A DNA stretch of 64,000 nt from Octopus vulgaris (Eukaryota), in assembly GCA_951406725.2 (NCBI GenBank), contig OX597835.1:31682001-31746000 (forward strand), in the 5' to 3' direction. Below the pieces are notes generated by a model. The model saw only the letters and a program-made list of their open reading frames with translations, searched no databases and was not told the DNA's origin. Of this stretch, positions 12,701 to 24,475 are shown one piece after another (the first letter of the stretch is position 1; the number at the start of each line of letters is the position of its first letter). The translations under genes and the position numbers were made by a program.

Positions 12701-13768
12701 TTAGTCGTTTGTAAGATTGCACAAGTTTGACCCCGGTCGGCAGAGCTGCTGTAGAGCTTGGCGACACTCTCGGTGCCAATCGCCCAGTTTCGGTCTCTTT
12801 TTGATCCACGTTTGCAGTTCGGTCAGTGAGACGAGCTGCGGGAAGTCGCGCCTCACAAACGGCGCCCACACCTGTTCACCGTCGTCGATGAATTTCCAGA
12901 GATGTCGCAGTCTCAGCGCATGCCAGCGCATCATCAACCACGGCATGTCCAGACCTCCATTCAACGGATGTTGACAGCAAATGGACTTCCTCACCATCGG
13001 AACGCCACCCTTCCACAGGAAGCGGAAGAGTATGCGTTCCAGTTTGGTGATGGTGGCGTCGGGACAAGGTACGACGGTCAGGCGGTAATCGATGACGGAT
13101 GCGATGTACGCGTTCGCCACCTCCGCAAGGCTTTTTAGAGACAGCTTTCTCTCAGCCCATGTGTGGCTGAGAGCCACCACTCTACTCGTGATCTCGTCCC
13201 AGTTCTTATCCATTTGGAGGTCCGGACTGAACCAGACCCCGAGCAATTTAACCGGTCCGTCCGTCCAGCGTCCCACTACTGAGCCGCAGTCGGACGGCAT
13301 GGGCTTGCTTCTCCAGGTGCCGAGTAGCAAACCCACTGACTTTTCCGGGTTAATCTTTGCTCCCGTCACCGTTTCGTATTTTCTCAGTGTCTCGCCAATC
13401 ATCTTGATGTGTTTGTCGCTCGACACTATGACGGTGACATCGTCCGCATATGCCGACACGCTCGTCCCGCAACCCAGTTCCCGTGGGATACCCCTCAGAG
13501 TCTCCAGCTTCCGCAGTAGCGGCTCAAGAGTCAATACATACAGAAGCGCCGACAGGGGACACCCCTGACGGACCGAACGCGTGATGTCAAACGGTTTCGA
13601 CAGGTGACCGTTCACCCGAATAACCGATCGGATGCCGCTATACAAGGCAGCGATCCAACCGCGGAAGACGGGACCGAAGCCAGCCGCCCTGAGGACGGCC
13701 GCCAAGTACCGATGGTCGACCCTATCGAAGGCTTTAGACTGATCCAAATTTATCAGCGCCCCACCCAT
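12701..13768 (-). CDS. Tx1 ORF2 part 2: RT core (joined to part 1 by a 1-nt frameshift)
   Basis: LDQSKAFDRVDH, SVRQGCPLS, AYADDVT, AKINPEKS, KLLGVWF, GGLDMP. Confidence 0.93.
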   Translation of the reverse strand: MGGALINLDQSKAFDRVDHRYLAAVLRAAGFGPVFRGWIAALYSGIRSVIRVNGHLSKPFDITRSVRQGCPLSALLYVLTLEPLLRKLETLRGIPRELGCGTSVSAYADDVTVIVSSDKHIKMIGETLRKYETVTGAKINPEKSVGLLLGTWRSKPMPSDCGSVVGRWTDGPVKLLGVWFSPDLQMDKNWDEITSRVVALSHTWAERKLSLKSLAEVANAYIASVIDYRLTVVPCPDATITKLERILFRFLWKGGVPMVRKSICCQHPLNGGLDMPWLMMRWHALRLRHLWKFIDDGEQVWAPFVRRDFPQLVSLTELQTWIKKRPKLGDWHRECRQALQQLCRPGSNLCNLTND

Positions 13769-15510
13769 GCCAGGATCCTTACTACCCTGTCCACAATGTA
13801 GCGCATCAGATGGAGGTTGTCATGTATGGTTCTGCCCGGCACGGCGCATGTTTGCGCCCTGTCGACCAGTTTACCAATGACAAGCGCCAACCTCTCGGCT
13901 ATTACTTTGGCCAAAATTTTCAAATCTGCGTTGAGCAGAGTGATGGGCCTGAAATTATCTATAAAATTCCCCTTCTTTGGGTCTTTCTTCAGCAACGTTA
14001 CTGCACCTCGGCTCACGAAACCGGGGATTCTCCCGTTTTGTTGCCAGTTGCAGTAGACTGATGCCAAGAGGTCGCCAAACAAGTCTGGCATTCGACAATA
14101 CAGCTCGTAGGGTAAACCATCCAATCCAGGCGACTTATCCCTCGCGCAGCCCGCCATCGCATCCCACACGTCAGCGGCTGTGATGGGACTTTCACAACAC
14201 TCCGCTTCTCTTGCCGAGAGCCGCGGCAGGTCGGTCAGGTAGGCACTGAAATCCATCCCGCGTTCCGACCCACCACTCGCACCAAACAGTCGAGCAAAGT
14301 GCTGTTGAAAGGCCTCACACATCCTTTCGGGTTCGAGTAAACTGCATCCCTGTTGATCTATTAGAGACCGAATGGTGGCTCTGTTGCCACGCTGCGCCTC
14401 CGCTACCCGGGCCTCTCGCGCAGCTTCGATCCCTTCGTTCCTTAAGGCACGCATTTTAGCTCTGACGACGCAACCTTCATGCTTGGCATTGAGGTGTTGG
14501 CCGAGGGCCATCCTCGCAGCCAGCACGTTGGTTGCGCTGCCAGTGGTAAGTGCCTCTTCTAGTTTCTTAACCAAGTCTCCCTCTACTCTATTTCGTTCTA
14601 TCGCTAATTCCTTGCTAAACCTAATTGATTCCGATTTTATTGCCATTTTCAGGGCGTACCACCAGCGGTTGTTAACGACGGCTCCCGTCAGCGCCCTCTT
14701 AATTAACTCGCTAATCCGGTTCCTGTAAACCTGTCGCGCTAACAGCGACGTGTTCAGTTTCCAGTAACCGGGACCCTGCCTATGTGTTTTATCTAAGTCG
14801 AGCGTACACGTAACAAATTTGTGATCTGTGTAGCTGACTATTTTAAATTGTGGACATCCTACACTATCCCTATCCGCTGTCCTGCATAGAATTCTATCTA
14901 GATAAGATCTCGACGATCCGACGCGTTTTGTCCAAGTCCACGATGGCACGTTCGGATGGTCGAGTCGGAACCTGTCAGACAAATGGAAACGTCTGAGCAG
15001 GTCTTTGAGGCTCCTACACCCCCTTCTATTCCTATCCCTTCCCACATAATCTAGATGCGTGTCCAAGGTAGCGTTCCAATCCCCTACTAACAGTAAAGGT
15101 CTAGACGTACCCAGGAAAACCTCTAGACATCTGAAGAAATCCGCCCGACCCGTTAAGGACGGTGCATAAACTGCCATCAGACGGAATGCACACCCATTTC
15201 TGCCATCCACGTCCAAGACAACCAGCCTACCCTCCGGGTCTAGGAATATTGCTCTTACTTTTACATTTAGACTCTTTCGAAAAAGCACCGCAGTACCTCC
15301 ACCACCCATGTTCGGCAGACAGGGAGAAAAATAAATGTCAAATTGATTGCCAAACATGGACTCGAGGGCCCGCGGCTTACTGAGTCTGGTTTCACTGATA
15401 GCTACTATATCCACATTCAGTGACTTGATGTCGTTTAGAAGGTAACCTTGCTTCCAAGCCGACGCCAAGCCACGCGCATTCACACGACCTAATTTAAGCA
15501 TACTTGACAT
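13753..15510 (-). CDS. Tx1 ORF2 part 1: AP endonuclease and start of RT
   Basis: NARGL, ISETR, AVYAP, GDWNA, SYLDRIL, YTDHK, GPGYWKLNTSLL, KSPGLDGLPYELY, NFRPITLLNADLKILAK. Confidence 0.93.
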   Translation of the reverse strand: MSSMLKLGRVNARGLASAWKQGYLLNDIKSLNVDIVAISETRLSKPRALESMFGNQFDIYFSPCLPNMGGGGTAVLFRKSLNVKVRAIFLDPEGRLVVLDVDGRNGCAFRLMAVYAPSLTGRADFFRCLEVFLGTSRPLLLVGDWNATLDTHLDYVGRDRNRRGCRSLKDLLRRFHLSDRFRLDHPNVPSWTWTKRVGSSRSYLDRILCRTADRDSVGCPQFKIVSYTDHKFVTCTLDLDKTHRQGPGYWKLNTSLLARQVYRNRISELIKRALTGAVVNNRWWYALKMAIKSESIRFSKELAIERNRVEGDLVKKLEEALTTGSATNVLAARMALGQHLNAKHEGCVVRAKMRALRNEGIEAAREARVAEAQRGNRATIRSLIDQQGCSLLEPERMCEAFQQHFARLFGASGGSERGMDFSAYLTDLPRLSAREAECCESPITAADVWDAMAGCARDKSPGLDGLPYELYCRMPDLFGDLLASVYCNWQQNGRIPGFVSRGAVTLLKKDPKKGNFIDNFRPITLLNADLKILAKVIAERLALVIGKLVDRAQTCAVPGRTIHDNLHLMRYIVDRVVRILAWVGR

Positions 15511-16205
15511 TTACGAAAATTGTGTTTTACACACTACATTAGAAGAGACAAGAGGCAAGAGGGGAGGTCACTTACTCATTTTAAAAGTTTCTTTTTTTCT
15601 TCTTCTTTTGTATTGTTTTTGATGAGGTGTTTGTATAGTTTTTTCGACAGGTATCGTTGAAACCCGCCTACCGCATTCGGAAATATTGTTTTCAGTATGT
15701 GGTGTTGTGCTTGTGTTATATGTAAAATTCTGATGTGTGTCGGTGGTGTGGTGTGCGGATGATTGTTTGTCTTAAAGTCATCTTCACAGATAACCGTGCT
15801 GGATGTGATGTAGTCCATTAATTCTTTATTGTCTGTGTATATTGCAGTTAGTTGTGTGTGTGGTTTTAAGGTTTCATTGCTTTTTTGATTGTCTAGGGGG
15901 ATGTTGTCCGGAGTTAGATATCTCCCTGCTTTACTTCCTTGTTTGGTGGATTTTTTGGATCTTTTCCTTTTACCCCTGTGGCTATTTGCCATTCCGTCGA
16001 ACTTTCGTCGTCCGACGTATCAGTAGAAGGTAAAGGCAAAGCATTTGCATTACTATGTATGCTTGTAAAAATTGTTGATGTTTTGTGCGGTGTTTGTGTT
16101 GTTGTGGTGTTAGGGGTAGAATTTGTCTTCTCGTCACTGTTTTCTGTCTTTTTAATTGTCGTCCTGGGTGTGGGTGTTGGTCTATTTTTTGTTGATTCAA
16201 CATGT

Positions 16206-17417
16206 TTAATTGGTTGTGACGTCAACGGTGATTGTGTTGGTACTGTTTCTTTTCTTGGTGATGTTGTTGGGGTTTGTTTGCTGGTTTGTTGTTTTTCTTG
16301 GCATTGTTCCATAATTGAGTGTGTTGGTGTTGGTGTTGGCAACAAGGGTTTTTTTATTTGTTTTCTGATTTGTTCTTTCTTGTTTTTTCTGTACCAGAGC
16401 GCACTTGGCAATTAAATGTTCGGGGCTGCCACAGTTGTAGCATCTAGGCTTTTTGCCTTCTGCTACAACATATAGGCATTGCCCATTTTCCAAGTGGATC
16501 TTATCCGGTAGGCTCTCGATAGAGGCCCCCTCAATCTGTATGGTCACCACTATTATCTTCCCACCCCAAATGTCGTCAAGGTACACGGCTGTTTCCAAAA
16601 TGTTGATATTTTTTAAATGGTGACAGATTGCCCCTGTTATCCATTTGTTAGGAATCTCGGGAGGTACATTTTTAATAGTGATTCGACTCACTCTCTGGTT
16701 TTTATAGTATGGGACCATGATGATTTCATCATTTCCCAGAAACTCAATAGAGTGAGCTTTTGCCACTTCCTGGTTAGGGAAGCAGACCACTACTGTGTTA
16801 AATTGGGGACCCGAGTTTATATATTCTTTTTCTTTCATTATGTTTTTTAAGCATTTTTCTACATCCGTTTTTGTAATCTGTTCATTTAGTTTTTTGTTTT
16901 TTCTTATAATTTTATAAATAATTGTCTTATTTTCTATTTCTTGCTTTATGTGTTGAGGTGTATGCAGCACTAAATCTTGTCCACGGGTTGTAAAGAGAGC
17001 TCTTGTTTCTATGAGCTCTTCATTTGTAAATGTTACAATCTCCTTCTTCTGGCGAAGAGTGTCAGCGAAATTTACTGGTGTTGTTGATTTTTTTGTATTA
17101 ACATCTTCACTATTAGATAGTTCATTTTTATTGTTGTTCTTGTTGTTGCTGTTGTTTTTTTCAATAGTTTTCGTGTGAGTTTTATTTTTATCATTTATGT
17201 TGGTCGTGGTAGTGGTGGTGGTGGTGGTGGTGGTGGAGGTGGTGGCGGTAGCAGTAGTAGTCTCGTGGTTGCTGTTGTTAGTGGTGGTGGTGGTGATGAC
17301 AGGGCTGTTACCGCACGTGGTTGCAGCGTTCATTCCACCGATATTCATGTTTGCACTTTGCGTGCCTACGTTCTTTTTTTCTCCTAGCGTTTCCAGACTA
17401 GGAAAATGCTGGTCCAT
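16206..17417 (-). CDS. Tx1 ORF1 gag-like protein; probably continues by frameshift through 16411-15914 and 15992-15576
   Basis: RRM-like region (ITIKNVPPEIPNKWI..), zinc knuckle CYNCGSPEHLIAKC, then a low-complexity T/P/K-rich tail in adjacent frames. Confidence 0.8.
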   Translation of the reverse strand: MDQHFPSLETLGEKKNVGTQSANMNIGGMNAATTCGNSPVITTTTTNNSNHETTTATATTSTTTTTTTTTTTNINDKNKTHTKTIEKNNSNNKNNNKNELSNSEDVNTKKSTTPVNFADTLRQKKEIVTFTNEELIETRALFTTRGQDLVLHTPQHIKQEIENKTIIYKIIRKNKKLNEQITKTDVEKCLKNIMKEKEYINSGPQFNTVVVCFPNQEVAKAHSIEFLGNDEIIMVPYYKNQRVSRITIKNVPPEIPNKWITGAICHHLKNINILETAVYLDDIWGGKIIVVTIQIEGASIESLPDKIHLENGQCLYVVAEGKKPRCYNCGSPEHLIAKCALVQKKQERTNQKTNKKTLVANTNTNTLNYGTMPRKTTNQQTNPNNITKKRNSTNTITVDVTTN

Positions 17418-17654
17418 AAAAGAACGCGACTAGCGTTCTACAATAACATTTCTCGACATTTTCTAATGTCGAGAAGAAAATTACAGAAATGAAATGGGGT
17501 TGAAACTGCCCCTAGGGGCGAATTCCTCCCTTGGAAAAGCACTCAAACGAAAGTTGGGTGCCTTACACACCTTATTTGCAAAAATGTACACAAAATATGG
17601 GCTATAAATAGTAAAAAAAAGGATGACCTTCGGAGCCGAAGTGACAGCACGTCC

Positions 17655-17751
<97 letters not shown>

Positions 17752-18123
17752 AACAAGGTACATATGCGTTCATACATTGGTGTGTTATTTTGACTATAAG
17801 TGGTGGGGATAAGTGGGCGGATAAGCAGAGGTGAATTCCAACCACTTCTGTGAGTAAAAGACAGCGATTGAAAAACAGTGGAGAGGAAGCCATTATTATA
17901 CGTATTTCAGCAAAACCATACAGTTAGAAATGGCGGTAATTGGAGAAGTACATCTTATCAGTAGAATTTAAAAGATAACAGATAATCCAATAGATCACTA
18001 ACTATCAAATTATTATACATAGTTACCCATATATACGTATACGTACTCACACATTCGTTCAGACAAATACGCACTCACACACACATATATATATGTATGT
18101 ATGTATGTATTTATTTATGTATG

Positions 18124-18176
<53 letters not shown>

Positions 18177-18214
18177 TCAGGGAGTGAGAGACAGGCAAAG
18201 ACACAGACACAAAC

Positions 18215-18553
<339 letters not shown>

Positions 18554-19522
18554 TGTTTCTTTATTAGCCACACAGGGCTGCACACAGATAGAACAAATTA
18601 CAAGGTAGAGCTTTTCTTTTGAAGGTTTAAAAAAAAAAAAAAAAAAAAAAGGAAGGGGGAGTTTCGATCAAAAGGGATCGTAAAAGGAGAGAAAGAGGAC
18701 AAAAAAAGGGGGGTTAAAAAAAAAGGGGGAGAGAAAAAAAAATTGATCAATAGGGATCGTTATCACAGAAATGTCAATATGAAGTGTAAAGGGGAGGACA
18801 GGTGAGGTTTACCCGTGGAAAGAAAAGCCTACGGAAAAGACCACGGTAACCTCGGTCAATGAAGTCACATTTTATATTTCTTTTTTTTTTTTTTTTTGCA
18901 AATAAGCAACTCTCTGTTTTCGATTTCTGGGTTCATAGGATCATGCTCAAGGTGGCTTTGTCATTCATACGTGCCATTCTTGCTACATTCACCCATCTTT
19001 TTTTAAAACATTCGCTAGACAAAACTTGCCTCTCTACTCTCACTTTCCTTTTCAAGTGGTACTTGAAGAAGTTGATGAGAGATTGACCAGAGAGGAAAGT
19101 GTTTGTCTCCAATCCTTTCAGACGCGTCCACCAGATACATTCTTTCGCCATAGCCACAAGGATGATGAAAATAGCTCTTCCTTCCCGTTTGAAGGAAGGA
19201 GGCGTGACAATATTGACGATAGACTCAGCTGATAAACCGACTCGTCCCACACGTGACAGCAGTTGTTCGACATAAGCCCACAGGTCGGAAATTATTGGAC
19301 ACTGAACGAGTGCGTGCAGAACGGTTTCGTCGCTCTGACCGCATCTCGGGCAGGTCGGCCCCGTGTTTCTCGAGCCGTGTCTGTAGAGCTTATCCCGAAC
19401 GGGTAGCGCTTCTCGGTAGCACTGCCAGGCCAGGGATCTCTGGAAGTTGTCCATGGGCCCTGGCCCGAAAGTCGTCCTGAACAGGCGGGTCAGGTACTCC
19501 TCGTCGACGTCCAGGTTCGCCC
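18554..19522 (-). mobile_element. 5'-truncated Tx1 copy (related subfamily) inserted in (GATA)n
   Basis: ORF 18933-19454 aligns residue by residue with 12061-12681 (MDNFQRSLAWQCYREALPVR..CPRCGQSDETVLHALVQCP); the truncation point joins (AGAT)n directly at 19523. Confidence 0.92.
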
Positions 19523-19720
<198 letters not shown>

Positions 19721-20071
19721 TAAATGAAAACAGGACTTTGTGAAATATTTTGGCATTAATTATTTAACATTGTATTTGATTCATTTGCTAAATCGATTGA
19801 GAAAAGAGTACATGAAAATGAGAAGATGTAAGATGTCTTCTATTGGAAATTCTTCAGACAGAAAATCAAATAAATCATCACACAAATATAATAAATACAT
19901 ACGGATTTTTGGAATACTGGAATAAACAGATGTGTTTCAAGAATACACACTTGATTTTAAGCTATCTACATTATACATACACACACACACACATACAAAC
20001 ACACACACACACACACACAAACACATACAAACACATACACACATACAAACACACACATATATATGTATTTT

Positions 20072-20279
20072 TTTTACTTGTTTCAGTCATTTGACTGCGG
20101 CCATGCTGGAGCACCACCTTTATTCGAGCAAATCGCCCCCGGGACCTATTCTTTGTAAGCCCAGTACTTATTCTATCGGTCACTTTTGCCGAACCGCTAA
20201 GTGACGGGGATATAAACACACCAGCATCGGTTGTGAAGCAATGCTAGAGGGACAAACACAGATACACAGACACTTACAT

Positions 20280-20310
<31 letters not shown>

Positions 20311-20473
20311 CATATATACGACAGGCTTCTTTCAGTTTCCGTCTACCAAATCCACTCACAAGGCTTTGGTCGGCCCAAGGAAGACACTTGCCCAAGATGC
20401 CACGCAGTGGGACTGAACCCGGAACCATGTGGTTGGTTAGCAAGCTACTTACCACACAGTCACTCCTGTGCCT
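20072..20473 (-). mobile_element. tRNA-derived SINE family A with internal microsatellite
   Basis: Head AGGAGTG.CTGTGTGGTAAG..GGTTCCGGGTTCAGTCCC (A/B boxes); tail CAGCATGGCCGCAGTCAAATGACTGAAAC; many copies in the window. Confidence 0.88.
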
Positions 20474-20484
20474 ATATATATATA

Positions 20485-21772
20485 TATAAAGGAAATGAAG
20501 AAAATGCTGACAAAATAATTTAAGTAAGGGAGAGTGTATTTAATTAGGTGAAAGTTCTTTTTTTAAACAAAAAAAGAGAAAAATTGGGTTAGAATACAAT
20601 GTTAATTTTTTGTGAATGATTTCAAAGTATAAGAAAAAGAGTAAGAGTCTTTTACAGTGTTCTGTTTCAGAATAAATTATTTAGTAAAAGCGAGTAACAT
20701 ACAGTTTTTTGTGGAAAAGTTCAATGTCAGATTTCAGTGTAGGATAAAAAAAGTGAGAGTTTACCGGTTGCGCATTTGTTATGCTAATCAAAATATATTT
20801 TGAGTGAGATAGAGTTCCTTTCTGATTGATTTTTTCCTCTTATCTGACTTTATGTTGGGTTTGCTGTCTCTTATATGTGAAAAAAAAGGCTCCAGAGTTG
20901 TTTAAGATTTGCTTGGTTTCGCGTCTAAAATTTCTTGTGGACAATGGTCAATACAATTTTGATTGGTCATTATAAAGGAGTCACGTGAATGTTTGAATGG
21001 AAGTTGGTGTTGGGGTAAGAAAATAGGCTCCAGAGATGTTAAAATTTGGCTGGTATCGCGCCTAAATTTTCTTATTGGTCATAATAAAGAGGTCACGTGA
21101 ATGTCGTCATAATAGAGAGGTCACGTGAATGTCGTCATAATAGAGAGGTCACGTGAATGTTTAGAATGAATGTTGGTGTAGGTGGTGTATGGAGTTTTCG
21201 AAAATAGCGTTGTTGAAAATTCTTATTGTTCAGGCTGGTCAGTAGACGTCATGTGGATATTTTGAATAGCGTTTTAGCGCGTAGTTAAGGAGTGTATTTT
21301 CCGCTTGACTGAATTTGAGCTGGAAAAGTAAGTTCGTTTAGGACAGGAAGAGCTATATGTATGTATGTGTGCACGCGCGCGTGTGTGTGTGTGTGTGTTT
21401 ATATGTATGTTGGGGCGCGCGCGCGTGTATATATGTGTGCGTGTGTGGGTACAATTTTCAATATTTATAGTTCTGCTGGCCTTGTGCCTGTATCGGGAAG
21501 CAACGTGTTTGTGTGAAGTCAATATTTACAGTCATTTCCCAAAAATAGTGTTGGATGTTTTGCAAAACATCCAACACTATTTTTTGGAAATGTAAAAGAT
21601 GCTTACTCTTTTTCTTATACACTGAAATCATTCACAAAAAATGAACATTGTATTCTAACCCAATTTTTCTCTTTTTTTTTGTTTTAAAAAAAGAACTTTC
21701 ACCTAATTAAATACACTCTCCCTTACTAAAATTATTTTGTCAGCATTTTCTTCATTTCCTTTTTTTTATATA
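20485..21772. mobile_element. Element bounded by ~190-bp inverted repeats in (TA)n, with internal E-box repeats and a nested palindrome
   Basis: 20485-20676 is the reverse complement of 21591-21772; palindrome at 21533-21592; GTCACGTGAATGT x4. Confidence 0.75.
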
Positions 21773-21798
21773 TCACAACACGTGTTCCACATCTCCTT

Positions 21799-21840
<42 letters not shown>

Positions 21841-22162
21841 GCACATAGTAATTCCTCGATATACAAGTTAATTCTTTCTTGGAGAAGGCTCGCGTAGAGA
21901 AAAATCTTAAATAGAATATAAAACTCGTAAAAGCTCATAAAGCGGGCCCTCGTAAAGTGAGGTTTTACTGAATTTAATGTTCTTTTACGAGAAACGTTTT
22001 TGAGTATGCATATAAGAATCTATATTTTATTATGACGGCTGCAGGGCTATTATTGCAAGGATCAGGTAAGTAGTGGAAACGCGCAGAGTGATGCATTAAA
22101 ATATTTATAATTTCCCTCCATGAATTATTATCACTTTTAGTCGCTCTCTCTTTCTCTGTGTA

Positions 22163-22248
<86 letters not shown>

Positions 22249-22293
22249 CAGATAGATAGATAGATAGACACACAGATGGATGTAAATCTGTCC

Positions 22294-22350
<57 letters not shown>

Positions 22351-22380
22351 ATATATTTCGCCATCATTGATCACTAGCCA

Positions 22381-22560
22381 GTAAACCTTTCTTTTTTATT
22401 TTGTCTTTCTGTTTATTTCTGCGTTCCTTGCTGTTGAAGAGCGTAGGCTCGAAACATAAAATACTTTCTCACTTCCCGGGCGTTAAACTAATACATCTCT
22501 TTGTTGTTTACACACACGTCTTCGTAATTTTTTTTTATTTGTTTTATGTAAATTCCGACT
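22381..22560 (+). mobile_element. HHR-like element, subfamily H1 (motif 22427-22462)
   Basis: CTGTTGA a gagc gtag gctc GAAA ca TA aaa; downstream sequence matches 4190-4275; runs into (TA)n. Confidence 0.65.
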
Positions 22561-22584
22561 ATATATATATATATGTATATATAT

Positions 22585-22659
<75 letters not shown>

Positions 22660-22662
<3 letters not shown>

Positions 22663-22855
22663 ATTCATATTTTAAAACAAACAAGGAAAGACTATATAAA
22701 ATTTTAATATAAATTAAATAATTATTTAATTTATATTAAAATTTTATGTATTGATTAAGTCTTTCCTTGTTTGGTTTTAAAATATATTATATTATATAAT
22801 ATTTTACTATAAAATTGGATTTAACCCTAAATATAATTTTGGATTCATTCCCTAA

Positions 22856-22860
<5 letters not shown>
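22660..22860 (+). mobile_element. Foldback PLE 3'-end fragment, same family as 3780-3945
   Basis: AAAACAAACAAGGAAAGACT..AATTAAATA / TATTTAATT..AGTCTTTCCTTGTTTGGTTTT inverted arms, then TACTATAAAATTGGATT..TTCCCTAATATTT as at 3870-3940; (TA)n on both sides. Confidence 0.7.
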
Positions 22861-22909
<49 letters not shown>

Positions 22910-22915
22910 TATATA

Positions 22916-23285
22916 GAGGGGTTGGACAAAATAACGGAAACACCTAGCATAATAGCATCATAATTTTGAAATATCTATAAAACCGTCAAAAGCTTATTTA
23001 TTTTTATGTTTTTTTTTATTTATTATTAGTGTTGCTTAATATGTTTTGCTAAAATTGCTGGGTTTTTTTCAGATATCAACAGAAAAAGGTAATTAAAATT
23101 CATTCATTAAAATGACAGATCTATCGGACTTTCAAAGGTGTCAAATTGTTGGTGCTCGTATGGCAGGCGCTAGAGTAACGAAAACAGCCGAAATATTTAG
23201 CGTATCAAGAAGTCTGCCTCGAAAGTAATGGCAGCCTTTGAGAAAGATCGAAAAACCTCCTCGTGGAAATAAAACGCCGGAAGAA
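22916..23285 (+). mobile_element. Tc1-like DNA transposon 5' end (TIR and transposase N-terminus, disrupted)
   Basis: TA|GAGGGGTTGGACAAAATAACGGAAACACC TIR; ATG at 23112 gives MTDLSDFQRCQIVGARMAGARVTKTAEIFSVSR..SKVMAAFEK..AGR (paired-like HTH). Confidence 0.8.
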
Positions 23286-24061
23286 TTGTTAAAATTGTCA
23301 ACATTTTCTAACTCAAAAGGATTTTATGGCAATATTCTTCAAACGTGATTTTATCTCTCTCGCGGCATGTTCCTTTTATCAGCTATTTAGGTTATTAGTC
23401 GCACACCTAGTTTTGTTGTTTTACCACACTGAAATCTTGTCTGCTGTGTTATATTAGTCAGCCAAATATTGAGTGAGTTGATGCCATTTACCACAGACTT
23501 CAGTGATCATATGCACCAAACATGTGATTAAATGCGGAGATACAGAGAGATAAGAAGACATAGATGTTATTAATGCTGTATTTGGCATTTGTACAAAGAA
23601 AATACAGTAAATATATTTCTATACATACGGACCTAAAGGATAATACTTGTGCTTTTATATTATATAGAAATGAAAAGTTAATAGATACTCCATTCTTACA
23701 CTCATTCTGACTCAAATTTTCGAACACATAGGATATTGTGATATAGGTAAATAAATGTAGATTTATTGCTTCCCCACCGGACACTTTCATACAAATATCA
23801 AAACTTAACTGTCCGTATAGTTGCAGGAAAAATCTTTTTAATCACATTATATGCGTCAACAGCATATATTGCTTGGAATAAATGAGCGAACATAAAAGGG
23901 GAACAGTGCTGCTGAAAACAAACGAGGCACAGTTATTTGGTTCATTTATAATTGTACATATAAAATAAAGACCTTAGGCTACGAGACAGTATATATATAT
24001 ATATCACGGTGATATACACAGACACACACACACACATAAATATATATATATATGTATTTAT

Positions 24062-24316
24062 ATCACCGTGACCGACCAGGCTATCAGATGTTGCTACACA
24101 TCGCTGGTCACAATGCGCTTCGCATTGTTTTAGCCTTCAAATGACGCCATCCCGCTGGCTAAGCGAGCAGGCCAACAGAAGAAAGAGTGAGAGAAAATTG
24201 TGGCGAAAGAGTACAGCAGGGATCGCCATTACCCCCTGCCGGAGCCTCGTGGAGTTTTAGGTGTTTTCGCTCAGTCTGGGAATCGAAACCGCGAGTCCGC
24301 TGCCCTGACCACTGGG

Positions 24317-24317
<1 letters not shown>
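24062..24317 (-). mobile_element. tRNA-derived SINE family C
   Basis: Head CCCAGTGGTCAGGGCAGCGGACTCGCGGTTTCGATTCCCAGAC; homologous to 43990-44185. Confidence 0.75.
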
Positions 24318-24374
<57 letters not shown>

Positions 24375-24381
24375 ATATATG

Positions 24382-24471
<90 letters not shown>

Positions 24472-24475
<4 letters not shown>

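Larger units (their letters stand above)
11764..17654 (-). mobile_element. Near full-length Tx1-clade (L1 group) non-LTR retrotransposon inserted in (GATA)n
   Basis: 5'UTR, ORF1 with CCHC knuckle, ORF2 APE-RT-CCHC, 3'UTR ending AATAAAAAG; both ends abut (TAGA)n (11675-11763 and 17655-17750). Confidence 0.93.

Noticed and set aside
17430-17490. Hammerhead in the Tx1 5'UTR (hairpin followed by GAAA..TA on minus)
   Set aside because: No CTGANGA adjacent to the stem, and stem III does not pair.
21080-21165. 28-bp direct repeats as a CRISPR-like array
   Set aside because: Contiguous tandem repeats with no unique spacers, in a eukaryotic context with no cas genes.
21846-21969. Possible pogo/Tigger-like MITE
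   Set aside because: Putative TIRs are too degenerate and there is no second copy in the window.
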